From an uncultured Candidatus Saccharibacteria bacterium (GTDB taxonomy: Bacteria; Patescibacteriota; Minisyncoccia; Minisyncoccales; JANBVM01): a stretch of 64,000 nt of DNA. Where the stretch lies: NCBI GenBank assembly GCA_964450805.1, contig CAYVDD010000001.1, forward strand, positions 393,288 through 457,287. The letters run 5' to 3'. The translations under genes were made by a program, and so were the position numbers. Under the pieces are notes generated by a model. That model was not told where the DNA came from. It ran no database searches and worked only from the letters and a program-made list of their open reading frames with translations. Positions 8,733-18,871 of this stretch are shown in pieces (position 1 is the stretch's first letter; every line of letters begins with the position of its first letter).

Positions 8733-10199
8733 TTATTCTAGAAATCTTGGTTTTTGTTTTTTCTCTAATTGGCAAACTAAAAGTCCTAAAATTAAATATG
8801 AAACTAAAACCCAAATCCAAGAAACATTTTCAAATATTAAAGTTGTATGGGAAATTTTTGCAGAAAAATCAATTATTTTAAGGATATAGGTTAATATTAA
8901 CCAAACAGGAAAAGAAAAAATCAGCCCTAATCCTTGAGAAAAAATCGCTAAGAAAGAAATTGCAAATCCTAAAATAGTAATTATGGGTAAAAGCGGAATA
9001 ATCAAGATATTAATCAAAGGACTTATTAAAGAAATTTGTCCAAAATTATAAATCAAAACAGGAAAAGTAAAGATTTGAGCGCTTAAAGTGGAAGCTAAAC
9101 TGTATCTTAATTCAAAAATCTCTGGAGCTTTTTTTAATAAATTCATAAAAAATGGTTGTAAATACACCAAGCCCATTACTGCTAAAAAAGATAATTGAAA
9201 TCCTATGTCTGTTATTAGAAAAGGATTAAAAAACAACATTAAAACTGCTGAAAATATTATTAGCCTTGAAGCATTGGAAGCTCTTCCAAAATACTGGGCT
9301 GTTAAAAATATAATTGCCATTATACCAGCCCTTATACCTGAAGCTGGAAGACCAATCATTAAAATATAGAAAACAATTAAAATTATTGATAAATAAAATG
9401 CCTGATGTCTCCAGAAACCAAAAGCTAAAAGAAAATTCAAAACCAAAGCGCTTAAAATTGTAATATTCATTCCAGAAACTGCTGTAATGTGGCGGGTGCC
9501 AGTAAGATTAAACTTTTCCCTCCATTCTTTTGAAAAACTTTCTTCATCACCAAACAACAATCCTTCTAAAAGTGCGGACTGGGGCAGAGTAATTATTTTG
9601 TTTAATCCTTGTTTTAATTCATTTTTTAAAAAAACAAGGATTTTTATTACAGGATTACCAAACCCTTTGTCCAACAATTCTATTTCTGGAAAAGACATAA
9701 CAGCATAAACTCCTTGTTTTTCTAAATATTTCTCATAATCAAAATCATTAAAAGATAAAGGTTTTTCTAATTTTCCACTAATCTTCAGCTTATCTCCATA
9801 TTTATATTCTGGATATTTAAAAGTGGTGATTAAAATCCTTCCTTTAACTTTTTGTGGTTGAACTTCAAATTTAGTGGTATTTTCTTTTTTAACTGGCTGA
9901 CCATCAATAATTCCAATAAATGCAATTTCTTGATTTATATAATTCTTAAGTTCGTTGTTTTTAATCTTTGACTGAAATGATTGATAATGCCAAGCCCCTA
10001 AAACTAAAAACAATAAACAAAAACTAAGAACTGTCATTTTTTTGTATTTCCAAAAAACTGAAATTAAAATCAAGTTGAAAATTAAAAATCCCAGTATTAA
10101 TAACTGGGAAATTTGGCAAAACACAGCAAAAGAGATACCAATAATAAAGGAAAGGCAAAAATACAATAAGATTTTTGATTTTGTCATCTCACCTGACAA
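8733..10199 (-). CDS. comEC: ComEC/Rec2-family DNA uptake channel (short form without metallo-beta-lactamase domain)
   Basis: Polytopic membrane protein. It has an OB/DUF4131-like N-region (IIDGQPVKKENTTKFEV...GRILITT) and the competence-domain motif LTGTRHITAVSGMNITIL. It ends at 488 aa. Confidence 0.75.
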   Translation of the reverse strand: MSGEMTKSKILLYFCLSFIIGISFAVFCQISQLLILGFLIFNLILISVFWKYKKMTVLSFCLLFLVLGAWHYQSFQSKIKNNELKNYINQEIAFIGIIDGQPVKKENTTKFEVQPQKVKGRILITTFKYPEYKYGDKLKISGKLEKPLSFNDFDYEKYLEKQGVYAVMSFPEIELLDKGFGNPVIKILVFLKNELKQGLNKIITLPQSALLEGLLFGDEESFSKEWREKFNLTGTRHITAVSGMNITILSALVLNFLLAFGFWRHQAFYLSIILIVFYILMIGLPASGIRAGIMAIIFLTAQYFGRASNASRLIIFSAVLMLFFNPFLITDIGFQLSFLAVMGLVYLQPFFMNLLKKAPEIFELRYSLASTLSAQIFTFPVLIYNFGQISLISPLINILIIPLLPIITILGFAISFLAIFSQGLGLIFSFPVWLILTYILKIIDFSAKISHTTLIFENVSWIWVLVSYLILGLLVCQLEKKQKPRFLE

Positions 10200-10894
10200 A
10201 TATCAAAAAATGGGGAAATTGCCTGCTGTATTTCCAAAAGATAATCTCTGGAATAAGGCCTTAAGCTTTCAAATGCTGGATTAATTGTTTTTTCTCCCTT
10301 GAAATTTTGAAGATAATATCTTTTTGCTGGCTTTATCCAATCAACAATTTTTAAAATATCTTTTTTTCCATGAAGACTTGGAACCACTGTTGTACGGAAT
10401 TCATAATCAATTTTAGATTTTTTCAAAACATTGATGCTTTTTTCAATGTTTTTCATAATGTTGCTTTTTAAAACCCCTGATACTCCAATAATCTGAAGAT
10501 ATTTTTCTTTTGGAGCTTTAATATCCATGGCCACATAATTTATTAATTTTTTATCAATCAAATACTTAAGCATCTTAGGATTTGAACCATTGGTATCAAG
10601 TTTTACTAAAAATCCCAGTTTCTTAAGATGTTTAATAAAAGAAGGCAGGCTGTTGTTAATAGTTGGTTCTCCTCCGCATATAACCACTCCTTCCAATAAT
10701 TCTTTTCTTTGTTTTAAAAAAGAAAAAAGTTCTTTTTTTGAAAAAACCGGCTGGTTTTTAATTTTTTCCGGCAAAACAAGTTCTGAGGAATAACAAAAAC
10801 CACAACGAAAATTGCAGCCAATTAAAAAAACCGTGGCTGCTAAATGGCCAGGGTAATCAATAAGAGTAAGTTTTTGAAGACCGCCAATCTTCAT
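10184..10894 (-). CDS. nrdG: anaerobic ribonucleoside-triphosphate reductase activating protein (radical SAM)
   Basis: Cluster motif CNFRCGFCY, followed by GVVICGGEPT. It lies immediately downstream of nrdD. Confidence 0.85.
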   Translation of the reverse strand: MKIGGLQKLTLIDYPGHLAATVFLIGCNFRCGFCYSSELVLPEKIKNQPVFSKKELFSFLKQRKELLEGVVICGGEPTINNSLPSFIKHLKKLGFLVKLDTNGSNPKMLKYLIDKKLINYVAMDIKAPKEKYLQIIGVSGVLKSNIMKNIEKSINVLKKSKIDYEFRTTVVPSLHGKKDILKIVDWIKPAKRYYLQNFKGEKTINPAFESLRPYSRDYLLEIQQAISPFFDICQVR

Positions 10895-10897
10895 AAA

Positions 10898-13036
10898 TTA
10901 AGTATTGGTTAATGATTTCTTTTTTAATTTAAATTCTTTTCTGTCTTTCCATTCAGCTTTTTTGCCATCATTCCATTGTGAAACAGGACGAATATAACCA
11001 ACTATCCTAGAATAAACCTCGCATGGCTGTTTGATAGTGCATTTTGGACACTGAAAATGTTCTCCTGATAAATAACCATGAGTAGGACAGATTGAAAAAG
11101 TAGGAGTTAAAGTAATATATGGAAGATGGAATTTTTCAAATACTTTTTTAACTAAAGCTTTTACAGTTAATATTTCAGAAATATTTTCACCTAGAAATAA
11201 ATGTAAAACAGTGCCACCTGTATACTTGCATTGAATTTCATCTTGAAGTTTTAAAGCTTCAAAAGCATCTGTTGTAGAGTTAACTGGCAATTGACTTGAA
11301 TTCGTATAATATGGTGTTTTTTTAGTCCCAGCAGTAATAATATCAGGATACTGCTTTTTATCTTTTAAAGCCAAACGAAAAGCAGTGCTTTCAGCTGGCG
11401 TGGCTTCTAGATTATAAATATTGCCTGTTTTGTCCTGATATTCCACTAGTTTCTTTCTCATAAAGTCCATAATTTCTAGAGAAAACCTTCTTCCTTTTCG
11501 TGAAGCAATGTCTGAACCAATAAAATTAAGAAGAGCTTCGTTCATTCCAACTATTCCTATAGTTGAAAAATGGTTAGCATAATAAGCATTTCTCATTTTT
11601 TTAATACCCTCAAGATAATATTTGGAATAAGGGTAAAGGCCTTTTGTAATATAATTTTCCAAAATCTTTCTTTTAATTTCCAGACTTTCCTGAGCTAAAT
11701 CCATCATTCTTGCTAATTGTTTGAAAAAATCTTTCTTGGTTTTTGATAAATAGCCAATTCTTGGAAGATTAATTGTCACCACTCCAATACTTCCAGTGAG
11801 CGCTCCTGCACCAAACAGACCTCCTCCGCCACGATTGTGAAGCTGTTTTAGGTCAAGACGAAGCCTGCAACACATTGAACGAACGTCTTCTGGCTTCATT
11901 TCTGAATTAATATAATTGGCAAAATAATTAGTTCCGTATTTTCCTGAAGCCTGAAAAATCAAATCAAAAGCAGGATCATCCCAGGAAAAATCTTTTGTAA
12001 TATTTATTGTTGGAATAGGAAAATGAAATGGTTTTCCAGTCTTGTCTCCTTCAAGGATTATTTCATAGAATGCTTTATTGAAAATTTTCATTTCCTCTTC
12101 AAACTCAGCATAAGTTTCTTTTTGAGGCTTACCGCCAATTATAACAGATTGTTTGGCAAAAGAAGGCGAAGGTTTTAAATCTAAAGTAATATTACTGAAA
12201 GGACATTGAAACCCCACTCTTGTTGGAACAGCCATATTATAAAGAAATTCCTGAAGCGCTTGCTTAACCTGCTTATAATTCAAATTGTCATAACGGATAA
12301 GCGGAGCCAGCAGTGTATCAAAATTCGACATAGCAACTGCTCCTGCTACCTCTCCCTGAAGAGTGTATAAAAAGTTTACCACCTGTCCCAGAGCAGGTCT
12401 TAAGTGTTTAGGTGGTTTTGATTCTACCTTGCCTCTTACCCCGCCGAAACCTCTAATTAAAAGGTCATATAAATCCCAGCCACTGCAGTAACATCCTAAA
12501 GTATCTAAATTATGTATATGAAAATCTCCAAATTCATTAGCATCTCTAATTTCTTTGGGATAAACTTTATTTAACCAATATCTTTTAATAATATAAGAAA
12601 CACCATAACGATTTAATCCCTGCAGAGAAAAAGCCATGTTAGCGTTTTCCTGAACCTCCCAGTCAAGCCTTCCTAAATAATCGTCAATTCTATCCACTGC
12701 CTGTTCGCTGACTGCTTCTGATTCTCTTATCCTTCTGCGCTGTTCTCTATAAAGAATATAGGCTTTAGCAGTTTCAATCAAACCATTTAGAATCAAAACT
12801 TCTTCAACAATATCCTGAATCTGCTCAACATGAGGTATTTCATCTTTTTTAAAACGTCTATTCAAAATTTTAATTACTTGTTTAGCAAGTCTTTTTGATT
12901 TTATACCATCACCCTGACCAGTAGCAGTAATAGCTTTAAAAATTGCATTAGAAATCTTCTGCTCGTTAAAACCAACAATAGTACCGTCTCTTTTCTGAAC
13001 TTTGACGGTTTTAACTTGAGTAATCTTTTGAACCAT
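10898..13036 (-). CDS. nrdD: anaerobic ribonucleoside-triphosphate reductase (class III)
   Basis: N-terminal ATP-cone (VQKRDGTIVGFNEQKISNAIFKA). C-terminal Zn site CPTHGYLSGEHFQCPKC. Glycyl-radical motif SRIVGYIRP. Confidence 0.9.
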   Translation of the reverse strand: MVQKITQVKTVKVQKRDGTIVGFNEQKISNAIFKAITATGQGDGIKSKRLAKQVIKILNRRFKKDEIPHVEQIQDIVEEVLILNGLIETAKAYILYREQRRRIRESEAVSEQAVDRIDDYLGRLDWEVQENANMAFSLQGLNRYGVSYIIKRYWLNKVYPKEIRDANEFGDFHIHNLDTLGCYCSGWDLYDLLIRGFGGVRGKVESKPPKHLRPALGQVVNFLYTLQGEVAGAVAMSNFDTLLAPLIRYDNLNYKQVKQALQEFLYNMAVPTRVGFQCPFSNITLDLKPSPSFAKQSVIIGGKPQKETYAEFEEEMKIFNKAFYEIILEGDKTGKPFHFPIPTINITKDFSWDDPAFDLIFQASGKYGTNYFANYINSEMKPEDVRSMCCRLRLDLKQLHNRGGGGLFGAGALTGSIGVVTINLPRIGYLSKTKKDFFKQLARMMDLAQESLEIKRKILENYITKGLYPYSKYYLEGIKKMRNAYYANHFSTIGIVGMNEALLNFIGSDIASRKGRRFSLEIMDFMRKKLVEYQDKTGNIYNLEATPAESTAFRLALKDKKQYPDIITAGTKKTPYYTNSSQLPVNSTTDAFEALKLQDEIQCKYTGGTVLHLFLGENISEILTVKALVKKVFEKFHLPYITLTPTFSICPTHGYLSGEHFQCPKCTIKQPCEVYSRIVGYIRPVSQWNDGKKAEWKDRKEFKLKKKSLTNT

Positions 13037-13045
13037 AATAATTAC

Positions 13046-13074
13046 ATTTTACTCCAATAAAAAAAGACGGTCAA
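13046..13074 (-). promoter_or_regulatory. candidate nrdD promoter (TTGACC-17 nt-TAAAAT)
   Basis: Minus strand: -35 TTGACC (13069-13074) and -10 TAAAAT (13046-13051). The -10 ends 9 nt before the ATG at 13036. A second TTGACC lies one helical turn upstream (13080-13085). Confidence 0.4.
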
Positions 13075-13180
13075 ACTTCGGTCAAGTTGCTTGAAATCTT
13101 GATTTATCCACAGAGATTCGGAAATAATTTTCAAAGGTTTAATTGAATAATTATTAGAATTTAACTTAGAAATAAAAAAA

Positions 13181-13199
13181 CCGAGAATAAAAAACTCGG
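13181..13199 (-). terminator. intrinsic terminator after ftsZ
   Basis: Stem CCGAG (13181-13185) / CTCGG (13195-13199). On the minus strand it is followed by a T7 run. Confidence 0.55.
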
Positions 13200-13224
13200 A
13201 CTGGACATATCTATGCAGTTAAAA

Positions 13225-14169
13225 TCAAAAACCAGTAACAATAACTGTAACTTTTACTTCTCCTTTTTTTAACTGCTCATCTTGAACAGCGCCAAAAACA
13301 ACTCTTGCTTTTGGATTTATTTCTTTTGTAATTAATTTGCCAATTTCTTCAATTTCAAACAAAGATATGTCTTCACCCCCAGAAACATTGAATAAAACTC
13401 CTTTTGCGCCTTTTGGTTTAATATCTAAAAGAGGGGAATTTAAGGCAAGAGTTGTTGCTTCTAAAGCTCTTTTCTCGCCTTTAGACCTTCCCATACCAAA
13501 AAGAACGCTTCCAGAATTTTTAAGAATTGATTTAACATCAGCAAAGTCAATATTTACTATTCCTGGAAGCATGATTAAATCAGAAATTCCTTTTACTGCT
13601 TCTCTTAAAATATCATCGCAAAGCCAGAAAGCATTTGAAAGTGAAGTTGTGGGGTCTAAATAATGCAGCAGTTTGTCATTTTGAATTACTAAAAGCGCAT
13701 CAACTTTCTGCTGCAGCAATTTTCTGCTGGCTTCTGCAACTTTTCTTCTGTAAATTCCTTCAAATGAAAATGGCAGAGTAGTTATTGCAACTGTTAAAGC
13801 GCCTGTTTTTTGGGCAATTTTAGCAACAACAGGACTGGCGCCACTGCCTGTTCCACCACCCAGACCTCCTGTAATAAAAATCATGTCAGCTCCTTTTAAT
13901 GAGTCATAGATTTTATCCTTGCTTTCTATGGCAGCTAATTCACCAATTTGGGGTTTCATTCCAGTACCTAATCCCTGGCTTATTTTCTCACCAATTCTTA
14001 TTTTCACATCAGCTTTAATTTTTTTTAAATCCTGATAATCAGTATTCATAGCAATCAATTCAACTCCTTTAATTTTTGCTTTTTTCATCCTTGATATGGC
14101 ATTACCACCTGAACCGCCAACCCCAACTACTTTAATATCTGCTGTTAATTTTCTAATTGTTCTTTTCAT
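13225..14169 (-). CDS. ftsZ: cell division GTPase FtsZ (314 aa, core only)
   Basis: Tubulin signature [16 protein letters not shown]; N-terminal [15 protein letters not shown]. The protein ends at VTVIVTGF*, which is the end of the globular core, with a TGA stop. Confidence 0.9.
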   Translation of the reverse strand: MKRTIRKLTADIKVVGVGGSGGNAISRMKKAKIKGVELIAMNTDYQDLKKIKADVKIRIGEKISQGLGTGMKPQIGELAAIESKDKIYDSLKGADMIFITGGLGGGTGSGASPVVAKIAQKTGALTVAITTLPFSFEGIYRRKVAEASRKLLQQKVDALLVIQNDKLLHYLDPTTSLSNAFWLCDDILREAVKGISDLIMLPGIVNIDFADVKSILKNSGSVLFGMGRSKGEKRALEATTLALNSPLLDIKPKGAKGVLFNVSGGEDISLFEIEEIGKLITKEINPKARVVFGAVQDEQLKKGEVKVTVIVTGF

Positions 14170-15374
14170 GGAATAAAAATTCTAAACATCTTTTTCATTC
14201 TTAAAGAAAGATTCTTAAAAAATCCAGAGCCTTCTTGTTTTTCTTCTAAATCAGCGCCTAATAAAACCAAACCACAGGCAGTTGCCCAGGCCGGGTCCTT
14301 TTCAATACCCATTACTCCTTTTGGCCTACCTAAAAAACAGGGAAGATGAAATTTATCTTTCGCCAAATTAACAATTTTTGATAATTTAGCCCCGCCACCA
14401 ATCAAAACTATTCCTGCTGGGAGCAATCTTTCTCTTGAGATTTTTTTCAGCTCTTCATTAACTTGTTCAAAAATTTCTGAAACTCTAATCGTGATAATTT
14501 TTGACAAAAATTTCTGTGAAAAAATTAAAGGACCTTCTTCACCCATACTGATTTTCTTTTTAATATCTCTGCCTTTAAAAACACATGAACCATGTTTAAT
14601 TTTAATCCTTTCTGCAGTATCAAGGTCTGTTTTCAAACCAATAGCAATATCTGTTGTAATGTTGCTTGAACCCATAGGCAATACTGCTAAATGAATTAAG
14701 TTTCCTTCTTCAAAGACAGCTAAGTTTGTAATCCCAGCTCCAATATCAACTAAAGCTACGCCAAGTTCTTTTTGTTTTTCGCTTAATATTGCTCTTGCTG
14801 CTGCTATAGGAGAAGGCGTCAGGTCAAGTATTTCTAAATCAGAATTTAAAATTGCCTGTCTTGTATTTTTAAGATAAGGAGAAAATCCTCCCAGAGCCAG
14901 AACTTCTACCTCTAACCTCACTCCTTCAAGCCCAAGAGGTTCTCTTATACCTCTTTCCCCGTCAATAATAAATTCCTTTGGAAAAATATCAAAAATTTCC
15001 TTATTTAAAGGAATGTTTATTGCTTGAGCTGCCTGAAGAACACGCTGGATGTCTTGTTCAGAAATTTTCCTATCAGCCCTGGAAACTGAAACTAATCCCC
15101 GAGAATAAGCAGAGAAAATATGACTTCCAGCCAAACTAATATAGGCTGAATTGACCTGTCTATTTAAACCCTGAGAGACTTTTGAGAAAACATTTTTTAA
15201 AACATTTGATGTTTTTTCTATGCTGACCACTGTTCCTCTTCTTATGCCATCTGATTTTTCTTCAGTCTTTAAAACAGCTTCTATGGAATTTTCTTTTCCA
15301 TTTTTTTTAACAGTTAAAACCTTTACGCTTGATGACCCTATATCCAAACTATTTATAATTTTTTCTCTTGGCAT
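14166..15374 (-). CDS. ftsA: cell division protein FtsA (actin-like ATPase)
   Basis: Motifs LDIGSSSVKV, VDIGAGITNLAVF and IVLIGGGAKL. It overlaps ftsZ by 4 nt. Confidence 0.85.
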   Translation of the reverse strand: MPREKIINSLDIGSSSVKVLTVKKNGKENSIEAVLKTEEKSDGIRRGTVVSIEKTSNVLKNVFSKVSQGLNRQVNSAYISLAGSHIFSAYSRGLVSVSRADRKISEQDIQRVLQAAQAINIPLNKEIFDIFPKEFIIDGERGIREPLGLEGVRLEVEVLALGGFSPYLKNTRQAILNSDLEILDLTPSPIAAARAILSEKQKELGVALVDIGAGITNLAVFEEGNLIHLAVLPMGSSNITTDIAIGLKTDLDTAERIKIKHGSCVFKGRDIKKKISMGEEGPLIFSQKFLSKIITIRVSEIFEQVNEELKKISRERLLPAGIVLIGGGAKLSKIVNLAKDKFHLPCFLGRPKGVMGIEKDPAWATACGLVLLGADLEEKQEGSGFFKNLSLRMKKMFRIFIP

Positions 15375-15378
15375 TTAA

Positions 15379-15828
15379 TTATGAAAAACATAATGATAAA
15401 TAGTAATTTTCTTTTTCCTGCATCTCTTTCAATTTTTTATCTGATTTCTCGTGCTCATAACCTAAAAGATGTAAAATTCCATGAATCAACACCTTTGCCA
15501 TCTCTTTTTTAAAAACAATATTAAAATCTTTACTATTTTTTTTAACAACCTTAGGACAAATAATCACTTCACCTAAAATATTTTCAAATTCTTTTATTTT
15601 TTCTGATATTTTTTCTGAAAAATCTGAGATTTGAGAGAAAGACAGAACATCAGTCGCTTTATCTTTTTTTAAATACTTTTTATTCAAATCCCTTATTTCC
15701 CTTTCTTTTACTAAAGCTATTGAAAGAGTATGTTTTTCTTTATCTTCACCTTTTAAAACGGTTTGGGCAATTTTTTTCAAAAACCTTTCATCTGTTGTAA
15801 AATCTGTCAAATTATTAATCTCAATCAT
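15379..15828 (-). CDS. ybeY: rRNA maturation endoribonuclease YbeY
   Basis: Zinc motif HGILHLLGYEH near the C-terminus; 149 aa. Confidence 0.85.
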   Translation of the reverse strand: MIEINNLTDFTTDERFLKKIAQTVLKGEDKEKHTLSIALVKEREIRDLNKKYLKKDKATDVLSFSQISDFSEKISEKIKEFENILGEVIICPKVVKKNSKDFNIVFKKEMAKVLIHGILHLLGYEHEKSDKKLKEMQEKENYYLSLCFS

Positions 15829-15830
15829 AA

Positions 15831-16325
15831 TCAGGAAAGCAGTTCTTTAACGATTTTTGAAATTAAAGCTCCACTCGCCCTGCCCTTCACTTTTGGCATC
15901 AGTTCTGACATTACTTTTCCCATATCTTTAATGCTTTCTGCTTTTATTTCTTTAACAACCTTTTCTGCTAATTCTTTAATTTCTTTTTCTGAAAACTGCT
16001 GGGGCATGTATTTTTTCAAAATTTCCAGTTCTTGTTTTTCTTTTTTCACCAAATCTGGTCTTTTGCCTTTTTCAAATCCAATAATTGATTCTTCTGATCT
16101 TTTACTCTTTGATAGAATAATGTCTAATATTTCCTCTTCAGTTAAAGCACTTTTCTTTTCCAGTTCTTTATCAGTTAAATCTGGGTTTTCTTTGCTTAAT
16201 TGATATCTTTTTTCTTTTTCTTTGTTCAAAATCTCAGTTTTTAATAATCTTAAAACTGAAACCTCAGCTTCTTTCTTCTCCTTATAAAATTCCTTAAAAT
16301 CTGATTCAATTTTATCTTTAAGCAT
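15831..16325 (-). CDS. GatB/YqeY domain protein
   Basis: 164-aa charged helical protein. N-terminus LKDKIESDFKEFYKEKKEAEVSVLRLLKTEI and C-terminus GKVMSELMPKVKGRASGALISKIVKELL are typical of YqeY. Confidence 0.7.
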   Translation of the reverse strand: MLKDKIESDFKEFYKEKKEAEVSVLRLLKTEILNKEKEKRYQLSKENPDLTDKELEKKSALTEEEILDIILSKSKRSEESIIGFEKGKRPDLVKKEKQELEILKKYMPQQFSEKEIKELAEKVVKEIKAESIKDMGKVMSELMPKVKGRASGALISKIVKELLS

Positions 16326-16346
16326 GTTTATTAATAAAACAAATAA

Positions 16347-16565
16347 TTATTTTATTAGACCAAGCTTCTTTTTTTTCTGGTATTCTTTTCTCTTCTCTTC
16401 CCTTCTCAAAGCAGCTCTGTTTTTTAATTGACGGGACTTTTTTCTATGCTGATACTTTCTTTTTCTTGCCCTCATCAAAAGTCCACTTTTTTTAACTCTT
16501 CTACTAAAGCGTCTTACTAGATTTTGAGATGTTTCCCTTTCTTTTTTTGTTATTTCTAAAGCCAT
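16347..16565 (-). CDS. rpsU: 30S ribosomal protein S21
   Basis: 72-aa, very basic protein. LVRRFSRRVKKSGLLMRARKRKYQHRKKS matches the S21 pattern. Confidence 0.85.
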   Translation of the reverse strand: MALEITKKERETSQNLVRRFSRRVKKSGLLMRARKRKYQHRKKSRQLKNRAALRREEKRKEYQKKKKLGLIK

Positions 16566-16589
16566 ATGTTTATAATTTGTGATTTATTT

Positions 16590-16946
16590 TTATGGTGTTT
16601 TTTGAGTATGCATTTTCTCTTCAGTTTCCCAGCCGCCCATCAGGTGAAGGTGTAAATGATCAATTATCTGCCCTCCTCCTTTTCCAACATTAAATGCTAA
16701 TTTATAGCCATTTTCTTTTATATTGACCTGTTCTGCAACCTTTTTTGCAGTCAAAATCAATTCTCCAACTAATTCTTTATCAGCCTCCTCTAAATGATTT
16801 ATTGAAGTAATGTGTTTTTTAGGGATAATTAAGATATGAACTGGAGCTCTTGGATTTATATCTTTAAAAGCAATGAATTTTTCATCCTTGTAAACTACTT
16901 CTGAATTCATTTCCTTATTTGCAATTTTACAGAATATACAATTCAT
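16590..16946 (-). CDS. HIT-family nucleotide hydrolase/transferase
   Basis: Histidine triad HLHLHLMGG; N-terminal CIFCKI. Confidence 0.85.
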   Translation of the reverse strand: MNCIFCKIANKEMNSEVVYKDEKFIAFKDINPRAPVHILIIPKKHITSINHLEEADKELVGELILTAKKVAEQVNIKENGYKLAFNVGKGGGQIIDHLHLHLMGGWETEEKMHTQKTP

Positions 16947-18235
16947 TATTTTTTAATCTTTTTCTTAATTTCTTCTACTACTTTAGCTAACTGCACTTCT
17001 TTCTGATTCCCTGTTTTCATTTCTCTTATAATAATTGAATTAGCCAGAGCTTCTTTTTGTCCTAAGATTAAGCTATATTCAGCATTAATCTTATCTGCAA
17101 TTTTAAGCTGAGCTCTTAAAGAATCACGTCCCAAAGAAAGGTAAAAAGGAATTTTTGCTTTCCTGAACTCCTCTGCTAATTTTAAAGTCTTTCTTTTCGC
17201 TAAATTACCGAGCTGAGCTAAAAATACGTTTGGCCCTGGTTTTGGAGCAAGCTTTCGACCATGTTCTTTCATTAAAAGCATTATTCTATCAATACCTCCT
17301 GCTACACCTACAGCTGGTGTTGGCTTACCTCCTAAAAGTTTTACTAAACTATCATACCTTCCTCCACCAGCCAAAGCAATAGTGGTTAATTCTGAAGAGT
17401 CCTGCTTTTTTTCCTTAATAAAAAATTCAAAAACTGTACGAGTATAATAATCTAAACCTCTAACTAAATGAGGATTTAAATTATACGGCAGTTCAAGTTC
17501 ATCCAAAAACTCAAGAACTTCCTTAAAATGCTTATGGCAATCCTCACAAAGATGGTCAATTGTCTGAGGAGATTCTAAAATTATCTTTTGACATTTTTCC
17601 TGTTTACAGTCTAAAACCCTTAAAGGATTTTCTTTTACTCTTTTTTTACAATTAGCACATAAACTGCTGGTTCTTGATCTAAGATAACTCGCTAAAAGCT
17701 TTTTATAATAAGGCCTGCAGCAACTACCACCAATACTATTAACTTCAATAGCTACATTTTTAATCTTAAGATTTTTTAAAATACCGTATGTTATCTGAAT
17801 AATCTCAGCATCAATAGCTGAGCTTTCTTCACCAAAAACCTCTAAACCAAACTGCCAGAACTGGCGATATCTTCCAGCCTGAGGCTTTTCATGACGGAAA
17901 TAAGGACCAAAATACCAAAGCTTAACCGGTTTGGGCAGGTTCTTCATGCCATGCTCAATATAGGCCCTAACAACAGGAGCAGTTCCTTCAGGCCTTAAAG
18001 TCAGATAATCCCCTCCTTTTGTTCTCAGGGTAAACATTTCTTTTTTAACAATGTCAGTGGAAAGACCTATTCCTTTTGAAAAAAGTTCTTGCTGTTCCAG
18101 GATAGGGGTTTCTATTCTTTTAAAATTATAAAAACCTGCAATATTTTCAACAGTGTCTCTTATTTTTTCATAATATCTGTAATCTTCTTCTAAAATATCG
18201 TGCATTCCGGTTGGGGATTGGAATTTTAGTTTCAT
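16946..18235 (-). CDS. hisS: histidine--tRNA ligase
   Basis: Class II motifs FRHEKPQAGRYRQFWQFG and GGGRYD, with a C-terminal anticodon-binding domain. Confidence 0.9.
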   Translation of the reverse strand: MKLKFQSPTGMHDILEEDYRYYEKIRDTVENIAGFYNFKRIETPILEQQELFSKGIGLSTDIVKKEMFTLRTKGGDYLTLRPEGTAPVVRAYIEHGMKNLPKPVKLWYFGPYFRHEKPQAGRYRQFWQFGLEVFGEESSAIDAEIIQITYGILKNLKIKNVAIEVNSIGGSCCRPYYKKLLASYLRSRTSSLCANCKKRVKENPLRVLDCKQEKCQKIILESPQTIDHLCEDCHKHFKEVLEFLDELELPYNLNPHLVRGLDYYTRTVFEFFIKEKKQDSSELTTIALAGGGRYDSLVKLLGGKPTPAVGVAGGIDRIMLLMKEHGRKLAPKPGPNVFLAQLGNLAKRKTLKLAEEFRKAKIPFYLSLGRDSLRAQLKIADKINAEYSLILGQKEALANSIIIREMKTGNQKEVQLAKVVEEIKKKIKK

Positions 18236-18249
18236 AAATCAGTAGAAAT

Positions 18250-18792
18250 TTAATAATCCGGGGATTCTATTTTAGCTAAAGCTGTAAATGGCCAAGCTCT
18301 TAAATAAACTTTGCCAATAATAAATTCTCTTGATAATGGACCCCAGCGCCTTGAATCAGAAGAAAAAGCCCTATTGTCTCCCAATACAAAATATTCATTT
18401 TCTGACAATGAAACTTTTATCTCTCCAGCAGTATATATGTCAGATAGATAATTTGTTTCATCTAAAATCCATTTTTCATTCTTATTTATAATACTTATCT
18501 GACCATTTTTAATAATTATTGTTTCCCCTGGAATTCCGATAATTCTTTTGATATAACGCTGAGCAGGACTCTGAGGATATTTAAAAACAATCACCTCTCC
18601 TCTTTGAGGATTTCCGAACCTATAACTTATTTCATCAACAATTAAATAGTCTCCATCAAAAAAACTTGGCTCCATTGATATGCCTTGAACAAAAAAAGGC
18701 TGAAAAATGAAATAACGGACAGGAAATACTATAATAATCGCCAAAAACACTATTTTGACGATTTCAAATAAAAAAGAGAAAAAGTTCTTCAT
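18250..18792 (-). CDS. lepB: signal peptidase I
   Basis: N-terminal TM segment. Ser box GISMEPSF, Lys box YIKRIIGIPGE, and GDNRAFSSDSR. Confidence 0.9.
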   Translation of the reverse strand: MKNFFSFLFEIVKIVFLAIIIVFPVRYFIFQPFFVQGISMEPSFFDGDYLIVDEISYRFGNPQRGEVIVFKYPQSPAQRYIKRIIGIPGETIIIKNGQISIINKNEKWILDETNYLSDIYTAGEIKVSLSENEYFVLGDNRAFSSDSRRWGPLSREFIIGKVYLRAWPFTALAKIESPDY

Positions 18793-18871
18793 AATACGCT
18801 TATTTTAGATGAGTTTTCCCTTTTTGACAAGCCTAGCTTCTTGAGTATATTTAAAATTTATTAAATAATAT

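Noticed and set aside
13068-13086. Direct repeat CGGTCAA(A/G) x2 upstream of nrdD, resembling a CtsR operator (GGTCAAA heptads) or an NrdR box
   Set aside because: The spacing (11 nt start to start, 4-nt gap) does not fit the CtsR consensus. The gene is not a clp/heat-shock gene, and there is no palindromic NrdR-type box. Read on the minus strand, the repeats are two TTGACC -35-like hexamers, one correctly spaced to a TAAAAT -10.
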